Below, in pieces: positions 28,268 to 37,251 of a stretch of DNA of 64,000 nt. Every line of letters starts with the position of its first letter. Within the stretch, counting starts at the first letter, position 1. The stretch comes from an uncultured Bacteroidota bacterium (lineage in GTDB: Bacteria; Bacteroidota; Bacteroidia; Chitinophagales; Chitinophagaceae): assembly GCA_903851465.1 (NCBI GenBank), contig CAINOI010000030.1:22795-86794 (forward strand), given 5' to 3'. A model generated the notes under the pieces. It saw only the letters and a program-made list of their open reading frames with translations. It was not told where the DNA came from and ran no database searches. The translations under genes and the position numbers were made by a program.

Positions 28268-29500
28268 ATGAAAAAGAGTTTATTATATAGTGTATTGTTA
28301 TTTTTATCAAATACAATATATGCTCAGATTTCCACATTTAATCGTATTGATAGTACCATCAATGCAGAAATAGCACAACGCAATATTGCTGGCGGAGTGG
28401 CCTTAATCGCTAGAAACGGCAAAATAATCTACCATAAAGCATACGGCTATTCCAGTATTGAAGCAGAGAAGAAAATGCAAGAAGATGCTATTTTTCGTAT
28501 TGCCTCTCAAACCAAAGCTATTGTATCTGTGGCCGTGCTTCAATTGGTAGAAAGAAGCAAAATTCGTTTAGAGGATCCTATTGAAATGTATTTTCCAGAA
28601 TTTTCTAGTCAAAAAGTGTTTGTTAAACAAGCAGATTCTTTGGTGCTAGTTGATAGATCAAGGTCCGTTACCATCAGAGATTTATTGACCCATCAAGCTG
28701 GTATTAGTTCAGCAGACGAGTATCCTTATTTACAAAAAGAGTTTCTTAAATATGGATTGAATAATATTGGTGTGACACAATATCCTAGCCTTAGAGCGGA
28801 AATTGCGCAAATTGCAAAAATGCCTTTAGCGCATCAGCCTGGCGCAAGATTTAGTTATGGCCTTAGTACCAATGTACTAGGTGGTTTGATTGAGTTGGTG
28901 ACCAAGCAATCTTTGTCTAATTATTTATCAGACAATATCTTTAAGCCATTGGGCATGAAGGATACTTATTTTTATCTTCCTAAGTCAAAACAAAACAGAC
29001 TAGTTGAAATTTATATTAAACAAGATAATAGTTTGAAGGCGGTAGATAGAACTAAAATGCCAGTGGATTATCCTTTATTAGAAAATGCAACTTATTTTTC
29101 GGCCATTGGTGGATTGGTCTCCACAACGAGTGATTATTTTTTGTTTTTAAATCATTTATTGAATCCTACAATTTCAAAAAGTACATTTAGATTGTTACAA
29201 CCAGCAACATTAGAACAGCTACTTTCTAATCAGCTAGGCGAGAAGACATTTATTTTTGGTGGATTTTCTTCGCTGAATCAATTCGGATTAGGTGTTGGGT
29301 TGACTTCTGTGAAAGGTCAATCAATCAATAAAGCTTCTGTTGGATCTTATTTTTGGGGTGGTGCTTTTAATACAGCTTATATGGTGGACCCAAAGCGAAA
29401 TCTAATTACCCTATTTTATTTTCAAAGAACGCCGTTTGTGTTGCCTCCCTTGTTAAGTAAATTGGAGAAAACAACCATTGAAATTATAGACCAGCAATAA
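28268..29500 (+). CDS. Periplasmic serine hydrolase, beta-lactamase class C/PBP-like
   Basis: Signal peptide; FRIASQTK (SxxK), DLLTHQAG, PLAHQPG...FSYG, WGGAFNT. Confidence 0.85.
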   Translation: MKKSLLYSVLLFLSNTIYAQISTFNRIDSTINAEIAQRNIAGGVALIARNGKIIYHKAYGYSSIEAEKKMQEDAIFRIASQTKAIVSVAVLQLVERSKIRLEDPIEMYFPEFSSQKVFVKQADSLVLVDRSRSVTIRDLLTHQAGISSADEYPYLQKEFLKYGLNNIGVTQYPSLRAEIAQIAKMPLAHQPGARFSYGLSTNVLGGLIELVTKQSLSNYLSDNIFKPLGMKDTYFYLPKSKQNRLVEIYIKQDNSLKAVDRTKMPVDYPLLENATYFSAIGGLVSTTSDYFLFLNHLLNPTISKSTFRLLQPATLEQLLSNQLGEKTFIFGGFSSLNQFGLGVGLTSVKGQSINKASVGSYFWGGAFNTAYMVDPKRNLITLFYFQRTPFVLPPLLSKLEKTTIEIIDQQ

Positions 29501-30342
29501 TGAATCAAGCATTAGCACAATTTATCCAACAAGCCATAGCAGAGGATGCCGCTCAAATAGGTGATATCACGACCATGGCGACCATACCCAAAGAACAAAT
29601 TGGGGAAGCACATTTTTTGGTGAAGGAGGCTTGTATTATTGCAGGCGTGGAGATAGTGACTTGCATTGCGCAAATGATTGATGCGAATTTAAAGGTGGAA
29701 TTTAAAGTGCAAGACGGCGATGCAGTGCATCAGCATCAAGAGATTGGCCAATTGCAAGGCCGTATACATAGCATCTTATTGGCAGAAAGACTCATGCTTA
29801 ATTGTATGCAAAGGATGAGCGGTATTGCCACCAAGACGCATCATTTAAAAAGCATGATTGCTGCCTATCCAGCTAAAATATTGGATACCAGAAAAACAAC
29901 ACCCAATTTTAGAATAGCCGAAAAATGGGCAGTGCGCATTGGTGGTGGGGTCAATCATCGTTTTGGCTTGTATGATATGATTTTAATCAAAGACAATCAT
30001 ATAAAAGCGGCTGGAGGTGTTCGGTTGGCCTTAGAAGCGACTAGGCAGTATTGTGCCATCGAAAAAATAAACCTACCAGTGGTTGTGGAAGTAAAAAATC
30101 AAGAAGAGCTGTTAGAGGCTTTAGCATTTGATTTTGTAACAAGAATTTTGCTAGACAATATGACACCAGCAACTGTTGCGTCAATGGTTGCGATCAATCA
30201 AAACAAAAAACCATTAGAAGTTTCTGGAGGCGTCAATCAAGATAATATTGTTGCTTATGCTGCAACTGGTGTGGACTTTATTTCCATAGGTGACTTAACT
30301 CATCATATTGAATCAGTAGACATCTCTTTAAAAATTGTATAA
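29500..30342 (+). CDS. nadC: Nicotinate-nucleotide diphosphorylase (QPRTase)
   Basis: GDITT, AERLMLN, RMSGIAT, LDTRKTTP, HRFGLYD, IKDNH, EVSGG. Confidence 0.96.
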   Translation: MNQALAQFIQQAIAEDAAQIGDITTMATIPKEQIGEAHFLVKEACIIAGVEIVTCIAQMIDANLKVEFKVQDGDAVHQHQEIGQLQGRIHSILLAERLMLNCMQRMSGIATKTHHLKSMIAAYPAKILDTRKTTPNFRIAEKWAVRIGGGVNHRFGLYDMILIKDNHIKAAGGVRLALEATRQYCAIEKINLPVVVEVKNQEELLEALAFDFVTRILLDNMTPATVASMVAINQNKKPLEVSGGVNQDNIVAYAATGVDFISIGDLTHHIESVDISLKIV

Positions 30343-30353
30343 TTTAATTGAAT

Positions 30354-31334
30354 ATGGACTTACAAGAAGAAGTAATTAAAGTTGGTTTTATAGATAGACC
30401 ATTGCCTAAAGGGGTAGATCTAGTTAAGGCCATCCAGCTTTTAAAGGAACAAAAAAATGCTGTCATTCTAGCGCATTATTATGTAGCCGATGAAATTCAA
30501 GCGATTGCCGATTTTGTTGGGGATAGTTATGCTTTAGCGCAATATTCTCAAAAAGTGAATGCTTCTATGATTGTGTTTTGTGGTGTGCATTTTATGGCAG
30601 AGACGGCTAAAATATTGAATCCCAATGCCAAAGTGATTTTGCCAGACCTTCATGCTGGCTGTTCTTTAGCGGATGCCGCCCCCGAAGCAGCTTTTAGAGA
30701 TTTTAAAGCATTACATCCCGATGCGGTTGTAGTGAGTTATATTAATTGTACTGCTGCTGTAAAATCGATGAGTGATTATATTTGTACATCTTCCAACGCG
30801 GAGGATGTGGTGAAAGCCATCCCGCTGGATAAAGAAATTATATTTGCACCAGATGCGAATTTAGGGAGGTATGTAGAAAAAGTAACGGGCAGAAAAATGC
30901 ATATCTGGGAAGGTGCTTGTATGGTGCATGTGAATATATCGGATGCAAAACTTGCACAATTGATGGAACTACGACCAGAAGCTATTTTAATTGCCCATCC
31001 AGAATGCCCTAGTACGATTTTAGACAAAGCAGCATTTATTGGCTCTACAAAAGCATTGATAGACCATGTAAGCAAATCAGAGCATCATTGTTTTATTGTA
31101 GCTACCGAAGCGGGTATTTTATTCAAGATGAGAGAAGCAGCTCCAGGAAAAATATTGATACCAGCGCCTTCGTTTGAAAACAATACCTGTGCATGTGCTG
31201 AATGTCCATATATGAAAATGAATACCTTAGAAAAATTATACAATGCATTGCAATATGAATTACCAATGGTGCATATTGAACCGCATGTTCAAGAACGGGC
31301 GCTAAAAGCACTTCAAAATATGTTATCTATTTAA
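30354..31334 (+). CDS. nadA: Quinolinate synthase
   Basis: ILAHYY, FCGVHFMAETAKILNP, AGCSLAD, YINCTA, GACMVH, AHPEC, CPYMKMNTL. Confidence 0.96.
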   Translation: MDLQEEVIKVGFIDRPLPKGVDLVKAIQLLKEQKNAVILAHYYVADEIQAIADFVGDSYALAQYSQKVNASMIVFCGVHFMAETAKILNPNAKVILPDLHAGCSLADAAPEAAFRDFKALHPDAVVVSYINCTAAVKSMSDYICTSSNAEDVVKAIPLDKEIIFAPDANLGRYVEKVTGRKMHIWEGACMVHVNISDAKLAQLMELRPEAILIAHPECPSTILDKAAFIGSTKALIDHVSKSEHHCFIVATEAGILFKMREAAPGKILIPAPSFENNTCACAECPYMKMNTLEKLYNALQYELPMVHIEPHVQERALKALQNMLSI

Positions 31335-32896
31335 TGCAAATGCAATCCAATTTTTCATCTTATCATATTGTAATCATTGGCACTGGAGTAGCGGGTCTGG
31401 CTACGGCCATTTATTTGGCAGAAGCGGCTGCATTAAGCAATCAAACAATTTCAATCTTATTGGTATCAAAAGCGGCAGCGTCCGATACCAATACCAGTTG
31501 GGCGCAGGGAGGTATAGCGGCTGTCGCTTCTGATGAAGATAGTTTTGAAGCACATATACTAGATACCTTAGATGCAGGCGCAGGAAAAAATGACTTACAT
31601 ATTGTACGTAAAGTAATTGAAGCTGCGCCCGATGCAATGCAAGATTTAATTCGCTGGGGCATTGACTTAGATAAAAAAGTAGATGGAACTTATGATTTAG
31701 TAAAAGAAGGTGGTCATCAGTTTTCACGAATCTGGCATAAAGCAGATAGTACAGGACATTCTTTACAAGCCACTTTGATGCATAGAGTAAGCCAGTTTAA
31801 GTCCATTGTATGCATTGAAAACTCTGCCATCGTTCAAATTCATAAAGACGCTCAAGGCACATTTCATATCCAAGCAATCCATAATCAAACATCAGATCAG
31901 ACCTATACCAATTTAACCGTTGAAAATTGTATTCATATTCAATGTGCACAATTAGTTTTGGCGACCGGAGGTCTAGGCATGGTTTATGCAAAAACAACGA
32001 ATCAATCCATTGCAACTGGTGACGGAATCGTTTTTGCTAGTCAACTTGGTGCAACAATGAAAGACCTTTCATTCATTCAATTTCATCCCACTGGTTTATA
32101 TGAATCCAATCAAAGTGGCACCTATTTAATCACAGAAGCACTGAGAGGAGAAGGCGCTATCCTAAGAAATAAAGAAGGTGTTGATTTTATGCCTCAATAC
32201 GATGCTAGGGCTTCTTTAGCACCAAGAGATATTGTTTCAAGGGCGATAATGAGTGAAATTAAAAAAAGTAAAATCGAATATGTTTATTTAGATGCCACAG
32301 ATATTAGTGCAACAACCATCCAACAACATTTTCCAAATATACAGGCAGCATGTCAACAGAAATTGTGTATTGATATTTGCAAACAATGGATTCCGGTATT
32401 ACCAGTTGAACATTATGCTTGCGGGGGTATACAAGTGAATGAGTTTGGTGGAGTAGTAGGTGTAGATGCGCTCTATGCCATTGGAGAAGTCGCATCAACA
32501 GGCTTGCATGGTGCAAATAGATTGGCCTCCAATTCATTGATAGAAGGTATAGTCTTTGCAAAATGGGCGGCAGTAAAAATGATTAATCCTTTGAATGACG
32601 GTCCTATATTACAATTATCAGATTTTAATTTTAAGCCAATTTTAGTCAAGCAAATAGATCGTGCATTGGTACAAAATTGTTTATCCAATTATGCTGGAAT
32701 CAAAAAAACAACAGCCGATTTAAATAAAGGGTTCAATGAATTGAACAAAGCATATGAGGAAGCAAATGTATTAAATCATTGGTCCCTAAAAGACTGGGAA
32801 AATGATTTGTTATGCCAGGTTGGAATTTTGATTTTTAAAGACGCATTGGCGCAAACCGAAAACAAAGGCGTTTATTTTAATCTAGATTTAGAATAA
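31334..32896 (+). CDS. nadB: L-aspartate oxidase
   Basis: IIGTGVAGL, WAQGGIAA, EGGH, QFHPT, TEALRGEG, LAPRDIVSRAI, GLHGANRLASNSL. Confidence 0.93.
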   Translation: MQMQSNFSSYHIVIIGTGVAGLATAIYLAEAAALSNQTISILLVSKAAASDTNTSWAQGGIAAVASDEDSFEAHILDTLDAGAGKNDLHIVRKVIEAAPDAMQDLIRWGIDLDKKVDGTYDLVKEGGHQFSRIWHKADSTGHSLQATLMHRVSQFKSIVCIENSAIVQIHKDAQGTFHIQAIHNQTSDQTYTNLTVENCIHIQCAQLVLATGGLGMVYAKTTNQSIATGDGIVFASQLGATMKDLSFIQFHPTGLYESNQSGTYLITEALRGEGAILRNKEGVDFMPQYDARASLAPRDIVSRAIMSEIKKSKIEYVYLDATDISATTIQQHFPNIQAACQQKLCIDICKQWIPVLPVEHYACGGIQVNEFGGVVGVDALYAIGEVASTGLHGANRLASNSLIEGIVFAKWAAVKMINPLNDGPILQLSDFNFKPILVKQIDRALVQNCLSNYAGIKKTTADLNKGFNELNKAYEEANVLNHWSLKDWENDLLCQVGILIFKDALAQTENKGVYFNLDLE

Positions 32897-32917
32897 AAAT
32901 AATTTAGTCTAATCTAA

Positions 32918-34024
32918 TTAAATCTGATTAAATCGGTAGTGTAATAAAACGTCTTCATCTATTACTTTTGTTTCAATTAAAGACAATTGTACCTTTTTAT
33001 CTAATGCGCAAAATTGGTCCAATCCCAGCATTGGCAAGGCATTCAAGTCATTTAAAATAGAAGGTGCTATAAACCAATATAATTCGTCTGCTATATTCTG
33101 ATGAATCATACTTGAATTCAATTGGCTACCGGCTTCAGTCAAAATTTTATAGTATCCCATTTCAAGTATCGTTTCGGAAACAGATGAAAACAGAAGTCCT
33201 TGTTCATCAAATAAACCTGTGATACATTCCACATTTTCTGGAAGCTGAATGCTTGGAGTATGCGCTGTAATCAATATTATTTTACTGAGAGAACGAGGAT
33301 AAAAAATAGGCAAATTTTCATATTGCTTTTCAAGTAATTCTAGGTCTTTATCAATGATAATGACATTGGTTTCTTGAATCCCTCCTTCAGTATTTCTAAT
33401 GGTTAAACTTGCTTTATCTTGAATCACCGTTTTATAAGTAGTCAATATAGCGTCCACATTGCTTCTTAAATGATCGTGCACAAATTGCCTAGAAGCAGCA
33501 TTGCTAATCCATTGACTATTTTTTGCATAATCTGCAATTTTTCCGTCAATGGTGCTTGCTGATTTTAAAATATAAAAAGGTCTTTTTTTAAGTTGATTGG
33601 TAAAAAAACCTGCGTTTAATAAGGTAGCTGTTGAGTCATTGACCACTTCCACCTCAATACCAGCTGCCATTAATTTTTCAACACTTGCCACTTTTGGATT
33701 AGGGTCCAAACTGGCTATGACTACTTTTTTTATTTTATGTTGGATGATTAAGTCGGCACATGGGGGTGTTTTCCCAAAATGAGAACAGGGTTCTAAGCTA
33801 ACATATAAGGTGGCTTGGCTCAGGTCAGTTGTTTTTTGGAGTGCTTGTTCTATGGCATACACTTCGGCATGTGGTCCCCCCAATTTTTGATGAAATCCTT
33901 CTCCAATGACCTGATTTGCTTGATCTACAATAATAGCACCTACAAAAGGATTGGGCCTAATATCGTTTTCAATGGCATTTTTAGCTAAATTAATACAGTA
34001 ATCTATGGCTTCATTCTTCTTCAT
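32918..34024 (-). CDS. ribD: Riboflavin biosynthesis deaminase/reductase
   Basis: PNPFVGA, HAEV, LEPCSHFGKTPPCAD, DPNP, KSASTIDGKIA; ATG at 34024. Confidence 0.94.
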   Translation of the reverse strand: MKKNEAIDYCINLAKNAIENDIRPNPFVGAIIVDQANQVIGEGFHQKLGGPHAEVYAIEQALQKTTDLSQATLYVSLEPCSHFGKTPPCADLIIQHKIKKVVIASLDPNPKVASVEKLMAAGIEVEVVNDSTATLLNAGFFTNQLKKRPFYILKSASTIDGKIADYAKNSQWISNAASRQFVHDHLRSNVDAILTTYKTVIQDKASLTIRNTEGGIQETNVIIIDKDLELLEKQYENLPIFYPRSLSKIILITAHTPSIQLPENVECITGLFDEQGLLFSSVSETILEMGYYKILTEAGSQLNSSMIHQNIADELYWFIAPSILNDLNALPMLGLDQFCALDKKVQLSLIETKVIDEDVLLHYRFNQI

Positions 34025-34029
34025 TGGAT

Positions 34030-34050
34030 TATCTTTGCAGTTCAAAATTA
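34030..34050. promoter_or_regulatory. Overlapping divergent -7 elements for ribE (+) and ribD (-)
   Basis: TATCTTTG on + at 34030-34037; TAATTTTG on - at 34050-34043; inside a 41-bp gap. Confidence 0.65.
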
Positions 34051-34065
34051 CTCAAACCATCGCAT

Positions 34066-34659
34066 ATGTTTACAGGTATTGTTCAGAAAGGGAAGATACA
34101 TGCCATTAGCCCATCCGAAGATGGGTGGGAACTAGCTATTAGTATGGCTAATTTTGCAGCCATTGTTCAGTTAGGCGATAGTGTGGCAATTGATGGCGCT
34201 TGTTTAACTGTGACGAAAGTAGTGGACAATAACATGTATTTTTTTGTGTCTATAGAGTCCATTGCAAAAACAATTATTAGAAACTATAAACTTGGTGATG
34301 CAGTCAATACCGAATTGCCAATGCAGCCAAATGGCTACTTAGGAGGCCATTACGTACTTGGTCATGTGGATGCGACTGCTAAAGTCAATAAAATTGATAT
34401 TACCCCTACCGCTTGGTTTTTAACTATCCAAGTACCTGAACAATTTGTAAAATATATTGTTTATAAAGGGTCTATTGCAATCAATGGGGTGAGTCTTACA
34501 ATCAATGAGGTGCGCGATCAGCTGATTGAACTTTGTATTATACCAACTACATTAGACAAAACCAATATCAATCAACTTGCAGTTGATAGTATTGTAAATA
34601 TTGAATTTGATATTTTAGCAAAATATACAGAACAGTTACTTCTAAAAAGAAATGTGTAA
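34066..34659 (+). CDS. ribE: Riboflavin synthase (alpha chain)
   Basis: Diagnostic MFTGIV N-terminus, GDSVAIDGACLTV, GGHYVLGHVD, KGSIAINGVSLT, VNIEFDILAKY. Confidence 0.96.
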   Translation: MFTGIVQKGKIHAISPSEDGWELAISMANFAAIVQLGDSVAIDGACLTVTKVVDNNMYFFVSIESIAKTIIRNYKLGDAVNTELPMQPNGYLGGHYVLGHVDATAKVNKIDITPTAWFLTIQVPEQFVKYIVYKGSIAINGVSLTINEVRDQLIELCIIPTTLDKTNINQLAVDSIVNIEFDILAKYTEQLLLKRNV

Positions 34660-35912
34660 TGTTTGATACCGTGCAGAAAGCATTGGATGCTTTTAAATTA
34701 GGACAACCAATTATATTGGTGGATGAGGAAGACAGAGAAAATGAAGGAGATATTGTTTTTCCAGCAGCTTTAGCTTCTCAAGAAAAAATTAATTTTTGCG
34801 CAAAATATGCAAGAGGATTAGTGTGCATTGCTATGCATCCATCTGTTGCAAAGCAAATCGGAATAGCTCCGGTTAACACAAATCATGCAGATCCTTTTCA
34901 TACTGCATTCTATGATTCTATAGATGCAATACCTGCCCTAGGCATTACAACAGGTATTTCTGCAAAAGAAAGGGCAATCACTGCGCGTCAAGTGGTGGAT
35001 CCATCTGCCAAACCAGCTGATTTTATCAAGCCCGGTCATTTATTTCCAGTAGTAGCGAAAGAGGGAGGCTTATTGGTTAGAAAAGGGCATACCGAAGCGG
35101 CTGTTGATTTATGTTTACTAACAGAGATGGCACCTGCTGCTATTATTTGTGAAATCATGGACGAAGATGGGGATATGCTAAGGAGAAACGGATTAGTTGA
35201 TTTTGCAAAAACACATCAACTAAAAATGATTAGCATTGAACAATTAATCGACTACAGAAAGGCGGCTGCTTTAGAGCTAACATTAAAAGCGGAAGCTCAA
35301 AATAAGCCAACTGAAATTGCAGAAACTATAATGGAGCTGATTGCCGAAGCGCAACTACCCACTGAGTTTGGATTATTTAAGTCATTGGTATTTGAAAATA
35401 AGAATACTAAAGAAGCACATGTGGTGCTATTCATGGATAGTGAAAAATCCAATACACCAATGGTGCGTTTTCATAGTGAATGTTTAACTGGAGATGTTTT
35501 TGGAAGTGTGCGTTGCGATTGTAAAGCACAGCTAACAAATGCATTAGAACAGATTGCGAAAAATAAACACGGGTATTTGATTTATTTAAAAGGGCATGAA
35601 GGCAGAGGCATTGGCATTGGTCACAAAATTGCAGCTTATGCCTTACAAGATAAAGGTGAAAACACCTTCCAAGCAAACCTAAGTTTAGGCCTTCCGGAAG
35701 ATGCAAGAAATTACCAAGATGCCATTGCAATACTCAAGTACCTGCATGTGAATCAATTTTCTTTTATCACTAACAATCCAGATAAAGTAGCAGCGATTCA
35801 GGAAGCAGGATTCCAATTTGAACAAATGATTGTTCCACCATTTGTGACGGAACAAAATAAAAAATATTTACAAGACAAGGCAACTATTGCCAATCATAAA
35901 ATTACCTTTTAG
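34659..35912 (+). CDS. ribBA: Bifunctional DHBP synthase / GTP cyclohydrolase II
   Basis: DEEDRENEGD, GHTEAAVDL, ICEIMDEDG, RFHSECLTGDVFGSVRCDC, EGRGIG, TNNPDK. Confidence 0.96.
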   Translation: MFDTVQKALDAFKLGQPIILVDEEDRENEGDIVFPAALASQEKINFCAKYARGLVCIAMHPSVAKQIGIAPVNTNHADPFHTAFYDSIDAIPALGITTGISAKERAITARQVVDPSAKPADFIKPGHLFPVVAKEGGLLVRKGHTEAAVDLCLLTEMAPAAIICEIMDEDGDMLRRNGLVDFAKTHQLKMISIEQLIDYRKAAALELTLKAEAQNKPTEIAETIMELIAEAQLPTEFGLFKSLVFENKNTKEAHVVLFMDSEKSNTPMVRFHSECLTGDVFGSVRCDCKAQLTNALEQIAKNKHGYLIYLKGHEGRGIGIGHKIAAYALQDKGENTFQANLSLGLPEDARNYQDAIAILKYLHVNQFSFITNNPDKVAAIQEAGFQFEQMIVPPFVTEQNKKYLQDKATIANHKITF

Positions 35913-35913
35913 T

Positions 35914-36327
35914 ATGATCGCCATTATCAAAGCAAATTTCAATGCCCACATCACAGATTTATTATTAGCTGGATGCGCAGACGAATTAGACGCTAAAAAG
36001 GAAGCCTATAAGGTCTTTGAATGTGCTGGAGCTGTTGAGACGGTGGTACTTGCCAATCGAGTGATTGAGACAAAGCAATATGACTGTGTGGTGGTGATTG
36101 GTGCAATCATCAAAGGGGATACAGATCATTACGAATATGTTTGTCAATATGTGACACAAGGCTTTGCAACCATTGCTGCAACTAAAACCACGCCTGTTAT
36201 ATTTGGTATTTTAACGACTCAGAACGAAGCTTTGGCTTATGAGCGCGCTGCCATTGATAAGATGAATAAAGGACAAGAGTTTGCAGTAACGGCCATGGAG
36301 ATGATCCAATCTTTTAAATCATTGTAG
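35914..36327 (+). CDS. ribH: 6,7-dimethyl-8-ribityllumazine synthase
   Basis: NFN, GAVE, IKGDTDHYEYV, PVIFGILT, ERA, NKG; ATG 35914 directly after the ribBA stop. Confidence 0.92.
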   Translation: MIAIIKANFNAHITDLLLAGCADELDAKKEAYKVFECAGAVETVVLANRVIETKQYDCVVVIGAIIKGDTDHYEYVCQYVTQGFATIAATKTTPVIFGILTTQNEALAYERAAIDKMNKGQEFAVTAMEMIQSFKSL

Positions 36328-36369
36328 ATTCAACGCTAGGTAATCTATTTATTTTGGAATACGGAGCGC

Positions 36370-37245
36370 TTATTTCACTTGTTCATACAAGTGATTGATT
36401 AAGCCGTCGGCCAGCCCAATTTTTGGAACATGAATTTCATCAATATTAGCCCATTTCATGGCATTTGCATAAATACGTAATGCAGGCACAATTACATCTG
36501 CTCTATCTTTTTTTAATAGATAAGTATGCATTCTTTCCTCTATTGTCATTGGTTCTAAAACTCTAAGGAATTCTCTGATCACCTCAATTGGGATACTCTT
36601 TAAATTTTTTGAGTTAATCATGGAGAATATTTTATTAATATTTCCTCCTGAACCAATAGCAATCATTTTAGGGTATTGTTTTCCAATGTCTTTTAAAGTT
36701 TGCTTTAGATCTTCCCAAGTGTCATCATCCACTTTGTTGGTTAAAATACGAACAGTGCCAATATTGAATGATTTTTGAAAAGCAACAGCAGACTTATGAA
36801 ACAAGGTCACTTCTGTACTTCCCCCTCCTACGTCAATGTATAAATAACTTTTATTAGGGTCTAACAATTCTGCGATATGATTTTCGTAAATGATTTCTGC
36901 TTCTAAATCACCCGATATTACTTCCACTTTTATACCTGTGTCAGCCTTAATTTCTTTGATAATTTCTTTTGAATTGCTAGCATCTCTCATGGCACTGGTT
37001 GCACAAGCAATGTAATGATCTACTTCATACACTTTCATTAATGCGCTAAATGCATCAATGGTATTTAAGAGCATCTTCTTTTTTCTGAATCCAATATAGC
37101 CTTTTTCAAATACATCGAATCCTAGCCTAAGCGGAATACGGATTAGATTTAATTTATTAAACTCTATTTCAGTTCCATGCTTTATGACTTCGCAAATAAG
37201 TAACCTCGCAGCGTTGCTGCCAATATCTATTGCGGCTAAAATCAA
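36370..37245 (-). CDS. ppx: Exopolyphosphatase Ppx/GppA family (TTG start)
   Basis: AAIDIGSNAARL, ATSAMRDASN, ISGDLEA, IDVGGGSTE, DRADVIVPA. Confidence 0.92.
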   Translation of the reverse strand: MILAAIDIGSNAARLLICEVIKHGTEIEFNKLNLIRIPLRLGFDVFEKGYIGFRKKKMLLNTIDAFSALMKVYEVDHYIACATSAMRDASNSKEIIKEIKADTGIKVEVISGDLEAEIIYENHIAELLDPNKSYLYIDVGGGSTEVTLFHKSAVAFQKSFNIGTVRILTNKVDDDTWEDLKQTLKDIGKQYPKMIAIGSGGNINKIFSMINSKNLKSIPIEVIREFLRVLEPMTIEERMHTYLLKKDRADVIVPALRIYANAMKWANIDEIHVPKIGLADGLINHLYEQVK

Positions 37246-37251
37246 TTTATT

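Noticed and set aside
30354-31334. NadA motif reads HYYV rather than HxYQ
   Set aside because: This position varies among functional NadA proteins, and the Cys ligands are intact.
33950-34100. FMN riboswitch expected near the rib genes
   Set aside because: Only 41 bp of non-coding DNA and no riboswitch consensus visible.
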